Source of the DNA: Hormiphora californensis
Taxonomy: Eukaryota > Animalia > Ctenophora
Length of the DNA: 64,000 nt
Reading direction: 5' to 3'
NCBI GenBank assembly: GCA_020137815.1
Contig: CM035359.1
Location: forward strand, 3,720,001 to 3,784,000
A program made the position numbers and the translations under genes. Positions 1-64,000 of this stretch are shown one piece after another. The notes under the pieces are model-generated. The model was not told where the DNA came from, made no database searches, and saw nothing but the letters and a program-made list of their open reading frames with translations. The first letter of the stretch is position 1, and each line of letters starts with the position of its first letter.

Positions 1-1279
1 GTTGATAGTATTAACAATGGCAATGAATACTATATTCAGCATTGTTTTCCAAAAGGGGCTGAAGATCTGGAAAGGAAACTAGGAAAGTGCAATACAGTAG
101 AACATACTGCTGGACTCGTCAAAACTGTTCTCAAGGTTGAAAACCCCATATTCGTAAGGATTCCTGATACTAAGGTCGATTGTTCCCATCTTTTTGGTGT
201 GAACTATGTCTATGCAGCATGCAACAACATCTGTCTGAATGCCGAATGTTCCCTAAAGAAAGTACAGGGAGACACATGTATCAATAGAAAGGAGTCTACA
301 GTAGTCAGAGCCCTGGCAGCGACTGACTTTCCTAGTACAGCAACACTGATAAAAACGGCACATATTCCCGGATTCTACGACAACAAAATATTCCCATGTG
401 CTAACAAGAATTGTATGTCCTATCGGGATGTCTGCAACCTTAGGGACGACTGTGGTGATGGCTCTGATGAGGAAAACTGTTCAAATCAATTCCAGTGCAA
501 AGACAGAGACCAATTGGGGCTCGTTGTTCTGTCTCAAGTTTGTGATGGTGTGGTGCACTGCCGTGATTTTTCCGACGAGTGCTTCGAAGGTTGCCGCTCT
601 ACAAACAAGAATATCTTTGCGACCGAGTTTCTAAGATATGCAAGTCCGACTATGGGACTACTAGCCACATCATTGAACACTGTTTCACTGATTAAATCGG
701 CGTGGGAGTTACGCCAACAAGATACGTACGCAATGTTCCTTAACAAATCAGCCATTGTTTTGATAAATCTTGGTGATCTGATGATCGGTGTTTATCTACT
801 GCTGATATCCTACTTTGACTTCACCTACAACGCTGGTGACAACTACTGTCAAGACAAATACCAATGGTTTAGCTCCAGTGAGTGTTCCTTCCTTGGAGCT
901 CTGAGCACAACTGGGTCGCAACTGTCACTCTTCGCAATGACAATGCTAAGCATGAGCAGAGTGGCAAACATAGGGAACCTATTCCAACGGGAATGCTCTA
1001 GCTTCAAATCTGCTACCAAGCTTGGGTTGCTGCTTGTCTCACCAGTTCTGGCAAGTATCCTGATTGCGGTTACACCTATATTGCCATCTACCGAGGACTA
1101 CTTTGTCAACGGGCTGTACTATCACAGATCACCGCTCTTTATTAGGCCCGCTACTAAGGTAAACCACTATTCGGCGTTTAAGGAGTACTTTGGAGGGCGG
1201 TTATGGTCGTGGAAGAATGCTGTATCCTCCTGGGCAGCTATCCGTTCAACAGTCATGGAAATGATCTCATCAGATAGAG
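1..1279 (+). CDS. LDLa-containing class A GPCR (GRL101/LGR-like, no LRRs between LDLa and TM1), penultimate exon; open from the window start
   Basis: Frame 1 is open from nt 1. Two LDLa repeats ([31 protein letters not shown]), then TM1-4 ([27 protein letters not shown]). Donor GTAGGA at 1280, phase 1. Confidence 0.9.
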
Positions 1280-1519
1280 GTAGGATCAATACAGTCGGAC
1301 CCCAATTTAACGTGCTGCTCGAGAGAAAAGCATTTTGCCCGGTAAATCTGGTTGCCCGGTAAATCGGGATCAATTAGTAAACACAGTAAATTTTATCCTC
1401 CCGATAAATCCGGGTTTCGGTAAATCAGGGTCCGATAGTAATTTCTGTTCGTGTATGCATAGTACACTATAAGTGTATTCTTTCAAGTGCTACTTGATCA
1501 AGTTCTAATTTTCTTTCAG

Positions 1520-2070
1520 GAATACCGTATAGAACAATCCATTTTTATGGTAATGACGGAGTTTGTATTTTTAAATACCTTGTCACCCGTGACGACCCGC
1601 AATGGGTATTTTCAACGTCCATCCTTCTGGTGAATGTCCTGTGTTTTATCTTCATCTTGGTTAGCTACGGATACATCAATTTTAAAACCCAGCAATCTAG
1701 CCGGAATGTAGGAGCTGCGATGGCTCGGCGAGGCACTAGGAGAGCTTTACAAGCAAAGATATCTGCAATAATCCTGACGGATTTTTTCTGCTGGGTTCCA
1801 TTGAGTATTGTTTCACTTCTTCATCTCACAGAAGCTGTGAATGCGTCAACTTGGTATCCCTTCTTCTCAATTCTCATAATCCCTATCAATTCGGTGATCA
1901 ATCCCTTGTTGTACGACTCAAATTTCTTCTTTGGTATTCTTTGTCTGCCAGCACGGGCTATACATTGGAGTGCACGAACACTAATCACGTCGATACATAA
2001 TTCCATCAATCAGCAACGCACGGAGCAGATGGAGGAGAGAACTTCCCCTCCCCAGGAAACGGAACTTTGA
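1520..2070 (+). CDS. LDLa-GPCR terminal exon (ECL2, TM5-7)
   Basis: Acceptor tttcag at 1519, phase matches the donor. Reads GIPYRTIHFYGNDGVCIFKYLV...IILTDFFCWVP...IPINSVINPLLY; stop at 2068-2070. Confidence 0.9.
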
Positions 2071-2284
2071 AAAGGATAGGCAGTGAATGCTACTTTTATT
2101 GACATAGACATTTAGAGTTTAAACTATCAGGATAACAAATCCTTCCCCTAATGTCAATCTCAATCTTAATCCTGTAGGATTGTATCCTTTTTCAGTAAAC
2201 CCCTCGCCGATTCTCATAATAGGAGCAGCTCTATTAATGAAAATCGAATAAATAGCTCGAGAGACTATTGATATTGTTAAGCTT

Positions 2285-2321
2285 AACACTGATGAGGACA
2301 CGTTGTGTCGAAACGTTTGTT
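2285..2321 (+). ncRNA. Minimal hammerhead ribozyme motif, Penelope-like-element type
   Basis: aaca-CTGATGA-g-gacac(gtt)gtgtc-GAAA-cgtt-tgtt: stem I aaca/tgtt, 5-bp stem II, palindromic short stem III. Confidence 0.7.
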
Positions 2322-2500
2322 TTATTAGCATTTGATTTGAACACCTGAATCAACGTCGTTTTCCTGAATGCCTGAACCCACCCTAACACACGCGAGACCA
2401 GTTTGGAGGTCACCCAGTGGCCCCCACTCCAATCAAAGTCTACCTTATATGTCAGTCACCAGCATGAGTTACCATTTAAGACCTTTTGTCAACCAATATG

Positions 2501-4139
2501 TCAAGATAGGATGAGAGAACCGCTATGAATGGCAACTGCTCTTCGAACCAATCGAGAGTACTTGTCTATTTAGTCGATATATAAATCCATTTTGTTGTTG
2601 TTGTTGTCTCATACCCCCCAACTTATCAAAGAGAAACAAATGGTATTAATATGCACCTTTTTCTGCAGAAACTCCACAACTGTTCGACAGTTGTGGATAA
2701 GTTGTAGTCGATGTTGTTGATCCAGTTTCAGTTGCAAAGACGCCTTCGAGGGCATCAGAATCTGTGCCAGCTGAAAATGGACAATGGCTATAGGATAATG
2801 GATAGTTGTGTTAACTAAAATAGATATTGTTAGTCCCCCCTAACATTGAAACATGTACATTCGGACCCGATATACAGTGCAAAATGGCTTCCACCGAAGA
2901 TCCCGGTAAATAGGGGTCCAACTGTACTTGGGCACGTCGCGATCCTTTTATATTGCATATAGGGCGGAGGGGTAATTTCATTACCAAAGATTAGAAATAA
3001 GGCAATACCAAATTAGGCATGCGAATATCATCTTATTTACCGGGAAGTTTTAACGGTAAATCCATGGTAAGGAAAAGTGCTCCCTTTGTAGCCGTGGCAT
3101 CCTCGTAGTAATACTTCTTTCCATCCTGACCAGTGAAACCACCCACCAGAATCACTCTTGCGTCAGTCGCTGCAGAGGGTGTGCTATTAATATATGAGGC
3201 ATAAACTCTGGCCACTGGCACGTTATTTCAGATACCTTTCTCCCAGCGCGCCGCTGGGAGAAGGTAGCTGTAGTTTATCCGCCAGTGGCGGATAAACTGG
3301 TTTAAATCACGACGACGATCCCGAGGCGTAGCCGAGGGAGAGGCGGAGGGGTTTAAACCAATAACGTGCCATTGGTCAGAGTTTATGGGTTATATACCCT
3401 GCTTTAGTCGTTTGTTTCAAGTATTACACAATAACAAGAGAGAGAACACTAATGAAAACACACAAAGAGAACTGAGAAACAGTCAAAAACATCTCTCAAT
3501 TGAGTGTATAGTGTTTGGTAACAGTTACTAAGGAGAGAGAGAAAGAATTAACAAGATATGGGGCATGCCAGACATAACACAGAGGAATTGAGATAGTGAG
3601 AAAGAAGGGGAGATAAAGAGAGAGTAATTGACGGAATGTGTTCTTTCTTTCTCTCCAATGTAGTGTGTAACTCTTGCAAATAGTGTTCCCTCTGTATTTC
3701 AGTAAGAACTGATCATTTACACTCACTTTGAATGTAACATAGGAGTTAATAATAAATAACCTGCCAGTGGGAAATAATCTGCCGCTGGACTAGCTGTTTA
3801 TTGAGAGCGCGCCAGTGGGACTTTTCGCCACTGGCGGGTTATTTAAGTTAGCAGGGTATATAACAGTATATAATACACTGTACCGGTTCAACAGTCGGAC
3901 CTCGAATTATCGGGATATTCAAGGGCCCGATGTTTGAGGTCATGCATAAATGCAATACTATTTTATGGATTTTTTATTGTCAAAAACACGCACACACATA
4001 TTTACCAGCTAAAGATTTGCATGGTTTAACATTGCTCTTGGCCACAATTATATTCGTGTCCGCGTCAGGATTCCAAATTCCTGTTCCAGTACAACCGGAT
4101 TCGCCTTTATCGCATACTACCGCAATTGGCTGCTCTACA
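2501..4139 (-). CDS. 3' part of an unknown multi-exon gene (exons about 4139-4006, 3183-3041, 2770-2657, 2565-2501)
   Basis: AG/GT-bounded open exons. The last three join in phase: ...LTMDLPLKLP-AGTDSDALEG...CGVSAEK-DKYSRLVRRAVAIHSGSLILS*. The phase of the 4006/3183 junction is not reconciled. The upstream part is not found before the gap. Confidence 0.6.
3191..3862. mobile_element. Non-autonomous about 670-bp cloverleaf element, family A (Crypton-like by inference)
   Basis: Reverse-complement homolog of 10451-11122 and 11198-11880. TA ends, outer stem enclosing three hairpins (one with cgaggcgtagccgag), plus a second IR ttatataccctgct/agcagggtatataa. Confidence 0.8.
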
Positions 4140-4223
4140 CTGTTTTGGGAGAATGCGTGTTTGAATCATGAAACAGGGTGCCAGAATGGGATTAAACAAA
4201 ATATATATGCTAAGTGAACAGCT

Positions 4224-4343
4224 ATGTTGAGGGGGTGATCCCTGTCAGTAGTGATCTCACGTGGTTCGAAGTTTGGTCAGGCATAGAAGACTCGAACCAC
4301 GTGAGATCACTATAACAGAGTACAGGGATCACCCCCTCAACAT
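4224..4343. mobile_element. Small foldback MITE-like element
   Basis: atgttgagggggtgatccctgt...acagggatcaccccctcaacat, with internal IR tagtgatctcacgtggttcga/tcgaaccacgtgagatcacta. Confidence 0.6.
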
Positions 4344-4431
4344 GTCTCTACCACGGACGGTGCCATCAGCCCTATACAGCTGATCCATAGTAAATTCACC
4401 TAAGAGTTTTAGTATTGCAGTTGTCTGCGTG

Positions 4432-4531
4432 NNNNNNNNNNNNNNNNNNNNNNNNNNNNNNNNNNNNNNNNNNNNNNNNNNNNNNNNNNNNNNNNNNNNN
4501 NNNNNNNNNNNNNNNNNNNNNNNNNNNNNNN
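4432..4531. other. Assembly gap (100 N), followed by about 200 bp of low-quality G/T-rich sequence
   Basis: Run of N; homopolymer-rich sequence at 4532-4750. Confidence 0.99.
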
Positions 4532-5396
4532 CCCCCAATTTTTTTTTCCAACGGGCAATTTTTTTTGGGGGGAATTTTTGGTTTAAATTTATCCGGGGGG
4601 GGGGTTTTTTTTTGGGGTTGGGGGGGGGGTTTTATTTTTTTTGGAGTTGGGGGCGTTTTCATTTGGGTGGGGAGGGTGGATGGTGGGTAATTGGTGGGTG
4701 GTGGTGGGGCGGAAGTCTGCGTATTTTGTATGGTGGGTGGGGGGCTGATGGGAATGGTATGTTGATTGGGTTTAGAGTGGGTGGAACTGTAGAAACCGTG
4801 TCCTCTTTCTTCCGGCTAACGTTCCATGGCGCTGTTAGAGGCGGGCTGGGCACACTCTCCATTACTTCTCTCTTATCTTGCCTCTCTTCTCTCTCTACTC
4901 TCTCTCTTTCTATCCGTTTTCGAACTTCTCTCGAGCCTCCGTCAAATTCTCTCGGATCCTCTCTCCTTCTAGGGCTCTGCCTCGCGGCGAGGGGTGGGGT
5001 GGGAACAGGTAGTGAAAAGCCAAGGTGTTGCAGAGCAACGAGAGCAATGCGTATATCCCTGGTAGTGTGTGTGGACGAGTCTTGGCTTAAATCAGTCTCT
5101 GCTGCCAGACATCATTGATATCGCTAGTTTTGAGCAGTGTAAGTGCTAATGTGCATATTCAACAATATTCGCATTTAATCCAATTATAAATGTGTATTTT
5201 GACAACAATCTCTGTCCATTGGAGTTGAGTTTTTTTATTTTGTTGGTCAGTTTATGCAAAGCATATGTTCCGTTCGGACGCAACAAATCGTTGTTTTTTG
5301 ATGAACTGCCGTTTTATAATTCCTATTTGTGACTGTTTGTATTGCTTTGTTCAAGCAAATGGGAGTCTAACTTGGCAATGTTTGTAGTGTTCAGTA

Positions 5397-59657
<54,261 letters not shown>

Positions 59658-59686
<29 letters not shown>

Positions 59687-62600
59687 GTATGTAGTGTGAG
59701 ACACTCGCATCACATACAAGTATGTACTGTCAGACACTCGCATCACATACAATAGGGTGTGCCAGTTGCCCCGACCTCTTCCGATTTTTGCAGAAGTTTT
59801 TTTGGGAGTTGCTTTTGATAATATAAACACAATTGTGAAGTTTGAAGCCAATCGGATGTAATTAACCGGTGGCACCTGGGCAATAAAGGTTATAGCCACA
59901 TGCGCGGGAAGTAGCACTTCCCAAACGGCTCCAAGATACTCCTACGGACTTTTCAACCACCTTAATCGAACCGCAATATAATGTTAGTATACGATTTATG
60001 AAGAAATATATAGCCTAAAGTCAACCGTTTACAAGTTATTGGCCAAAAACCACATTACAATATATCAAAATAGTTGCGCATATGACCAGATATGCCCAGA
60101 TGTGCTAAACCGTTGAATATCTTGACCGGCAAATTGGGTTTTCGATATGAGCGTTTGTAGAGTTGCCTTAGACCCTCTCTGATTATGTTAGGACCATATG
60201 ACCATGGTTCAGCCCGATCCACGCCCGTTTCCAACCATCTAATCGCTAGGGTAGTGAGCAAACCAGGATTTGGTCTATTTTATGAAGCTAAATATCAGAT
60301 TTCCGGCATGAAACCCATCAAACTTCAATTATTTGAGGTCCTTCATCCACCATGTAGCTTGGTAGATGGTATTGGCCCTCTAGGCGGTTGTATTAGTTCT
60401 TGTGGACAAACTAGACAGGAAGGGAAGTGCCAAAACTCCTATAATTAGCCGGCACCCAAAAGTTGACCACTTCCTGGCTATTCAAGTCAGCAAAAAGGAC
60501 TAATACTGCCGCCTAAAGGGCCAATACCATCTGCCAAGCTACAAGGTGAATGAGGGACCTCAAATAATTGAAGTCTGATGGGTTTCATGCCGGAAATCTG
60601 ACATTTAGCTCCATAAATAGACCAAATCCTGGTTTGCTCACTACCCTAGCGATTAGATGGTTGAAAACGGGCGTGGATCGGGCTGAATCATGGTCATTTG
60701 GTCCTAACCTAGTCAGAGAGGGTCTAAGGCAACTCTACAAACGCTCATATCGAAAACCCAATTTGCCGGTCAAGATATTCAACGGTTTAGCACATCTGGG
60801 CATATCTGGTCATATGCGCAACTATTTTGATATATTGTAATGTGGTTTTTGGCCAATAACTTGTAAACGGTTGACTTTAGGCTATATATTTCTTCATAAA
60901 TCGTATACTAACATTATATTGCGGTTCGATTAAGGTGGTTGAAAAGTCCGTAGGAGTATCTTGGAGCCGTTTGGGAAGTGCTACTTCCCGCGCATGTGGC
61001 TATAACCTTTATTGCCCAGGTGCCACCGGTTAATTACATCCGATTGGCTTCAAACTTCACAATTGTGTTTATATTATCAAAAGCAACTCCCAAAAAAACT
61101 TCTGCAAAAATCGGATGAGTTTGAAAATTTCATGGGGCAACTGGCACACCCTAACATACAAGTATGTACTGTCAGACACTCGCATCACATACAAGTATGT
61201 ACTGTCAGACACTCGCATCACATACAAGTATGTAGTGTGAGACACTCGCATCACATACAAGTATGTAGTGTGAGACACTCGCATCACATACAAGTATGTA
61301 GTGTGAGACACTCGCATCGCATACAAGTATGTAGTGTGAGACACTCGCATCACATACAAGTATGTAGTGTCAGACACTCGCATCACATACAAGTATGTAG
61401 TGTCAGACACTCGCATCACATACAAGTATGTAGTGTGAGACACTCGCATCACATACAAGTATGTAGTGTCAGACACTCGCATCACATACAAGTATGTACT
61501 GTCAGACACTCGCATCACATACAAGTATGTAGTGTGAGACACTCGCATCACATACAAGTATGTAGTGTCAGACACTCGCATCACATACAAGTATGTAGTG
61601 TGAGACACTCGCATCGCATACAAGTATGTAGTGTGAGACACTCGCATCACATACAAGTATGTACTGTCAGACACTCGCATCACATACAAGTATGTAGTGT
61701 GAGACACTCGCATCACATACAAGTATGTACTGTCAGACACTCGCATCACATACAAGTATGTACTGTCAGACACTCGCATCACATACAAGTATGTAGTGTC
61801 AGACACTCGCATCACATACAAGTATGTACTGTCAGACACTCGCATCACATACAAGTATGTACTGTCAGACACTCGCATCACATACAAGTATGTACTGTCA
61901 GACACTCGCATCACATACAAGTATGTAGTGTGAGACACTCGCATCACATACAAGTATGTACTGTCAGACACTCGCATCACATACAAGTATGTACTGTCAG
62001 ACACTCGCATCACATACAAGTATGTAGTGTGAGACACTCGCATCACATACAAGTATGTACTGTCAGACACTCGCATCACATACAAGTATGTAGTGTCAGA
62101 CACTCGCATCACATACAAGTATGTACTGTCAGACACTCGCATCACATACAAGTATGTACTGTTGCAGACACTCGCATCACATACAAGTATGTAGTGTCAG
62201 ACACTCGCATCACATACAAGTATGTACTGTCAGACACTCGCATCACATACAAGTATGTAGTGTCAGACACTCGCATCACATACAAGTATGTACTGTCAGA
62301 CACTCGCATCACATACAAGTATGTAGTGTCAGACACTCGCATCACATACAAGTATGTACTGTCAGACACTCGCATCACATACAAGTATGTAGTGTGAGAC
62401 ACTCGCATCACATACAAGTATGTACTGTCAGACACTCGCATCACATACAAGTATGTAGTGTGAGACACTCGCATCACATACAAGTATGTAGTGTGAGACA
62501 CTCGCATCACATACAAGTATGTAGTGTGAGACACTCGCATCACATACAAGTATGTAGTGTGAGACACTCGCATCACATACAAGTATGTACTGTTGCAGAC

Positions 62601-63500
62601 ACTCGCATCACATACAAGTATGTAGTGTCAGACACTCGCATCACATACAAGTATGTACTGTCAGACACTCGCATCACATACAAGTATGTAGTGTCAGACA
62701 CTCGCATCACATACAAGTATGTAGTGTGAGACACTCGCATCACATACAAGTATGTACTGTCAGACACTCGCATCACATACAAGTATGTACTGTCAGACAC
62801 TCGCATCACATACAAGTATGTACTGTGAGACACTCGCATCACATACAAGTATGTACTGTGAGACACTCGCATCACATACAAGTATGTACTGTCAGACACT
62901 CGCATCACATACAAGTATGTAGTGTGAGACACTCGCATCACATACAAGTATGTAGTGTGAGACACTTGCATCACATACAAGTATGTACTGTGAGACACTC
63001 GCATCACATACAAGTATGTACTGTGAGACACTCGCATCACATACAAGTATGTACTGTCAGACACTCGCATCACATACAAGTATGTAGTGTGAGACACTCG
63101 CATCACATACAAGTATGTACTGTGAGACACTCGCATCACATACAAGTATGTACTGTCAGACACTCGCATCACATACAAGTATGTAGTGTGAGACACTCGC
63201 ATCACATACAAGTATGTACTGTCAGACACTCGCATCACATACAAGTATGTAGTGTTGCAGACACTCGCATCACATACAAGTATGTAGTGTCAGACACTCG
63301 CATCACATACAAGTATGTAGTGTGAGACACTCGCATCACATACAAGTATGTACTGTCAGACACTCGCATCACATACAAGTATGTAGTGTGAGACACTCGC
63401 ATCACATACAAGTATGTACTGTTGCAGACACTCGCATCGCATACAAGTATGTAGTGTGAGACACTCGTATCACATACAAGTATGTAGTGTGAGACACTCG
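59658..63500. repeat. 33-bp minisatellite (about 70 copies) derived from the exon end and donor, split by a hAT element
   Basis: Unit gtactgtcagacactcgcatcacatacaa-gtat; identical to the last 29 nt of exon 59555-59686 plus the donor. Confidence 0.97.
59753..61153. mobile_element. 1.4-kb hAT-type foldback element with about 640-bp TIRs
   Basis: tagggtgtgccagttgcccc...ggggcaactggcacacccta; 8-bp TSD acatacaa. Confidence 0.92.
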
Positions 63501-63596
63501 GAACACGGCGCATGTTAAGACCCAACCTCGACAAACTATCCCATCTCAATGAAAACCACGCATCTACCTTGATGTCCTTTACACAACACAACAACA

Positions 63597-63750
63597 ATGC
63601 CGGCCCCACTGGCGCCATGTCATGCCCGGTGAAGAGCCATTCCACTGACGCTATTAGTCATGTTTGGTGAAGATGCCGGCCCCACTGGCGCCATGCCATG
63701 CCCGGTGAAGAGCCATTCCACTGACGCTATTAGTCATGTTTGGTGAAGAT
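63597..63750. repeat. Two-copy about 76-bp tandem duplication
   Basis: atgccggccccactggcgccatg...gtttggtgaag occurs twice. Confidence 0.9.
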
Positions 63751-63878
63751 GTGCAGAACAGGTGCATCCTCTCGGTCTGTCTGCAAGAACTCTTCGGTGA
63801 TGTGTCAGCGGTTGGAGTGTATGCCGTTTATGCGATTGAACGTGTAGGAGTGCGAGCGAGTATGCGTCTGCGTGCATA

Positions 63879-63882
<4 letters not shown>

Positions 63883-63976
<94 letters not shown>
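63883..63976. repeat. (GT)n microsatellite
   Basis: Direct observation. Confidence 0.98.
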
Positions 63977-63977
<1 letters not shown>

Positions 63978-64000
63978 ATGTGGGTGTGCGTGTCTAGGAT

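Noticed and set aside
4329-5118. ORFs across and after the gap, including a charged/Pro-rich minus-strand frame
   Set aside because: They include Ns and low-quality homopolymeric sequence, and I recognise no domain; possibly a degraded retroelement ORF1.

Overview
Eukaryotic, intron-rich animal DNA with one 100-N gap (4432-4531). It is probably a ctenophore of the Pleurobrachia type, inferred from the LDLa-GPCR motif FYGNDGVCxFKY, a recurrent WxxVxR...LQIKT...DTASxxY domain and the 109-bp caggaaccgaccgaa MITE; this is not verified. Contents: (1) the 3' part of an LDLa-containing class A GPCR; (2) a convergent, partial minus-strand gene; (3) a giant + strand gene for a secreted protein. It starts at a signal peptide at 5397 and runs past 59686. 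I traced about 90-95 short exons by hand, roughly 3,500-4,000 aa, encoding PAN/apple-like, galectin-like, WSC, kringle, F-type lectin/F5-8C, LamG-like, sushi, ricin-B-like and Ig-like modules. Its domains are not simply beads on a string: whole domains and multi-domain blocks are inserted inside other domains, up to three levels deep, and some junctions lie inside a single exon. (4) A small antisense secreted-protein gene is nested in an intron, between the two ends of one TIR element. (5) The introns hold many mobile elements: a 5'-truncated LINE, Helitrons, hAT/Tc1/Harbinger/Kolobok-like MITEs, Penelope-like remnants with hammerhead ribozymes, and three sequence-divergent families sharing one cloverleaf architecture. 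Several minisatellites derive from splice junctions. All exon boundaries are manual GT/GC-AG and phase calls without transcript evidence.
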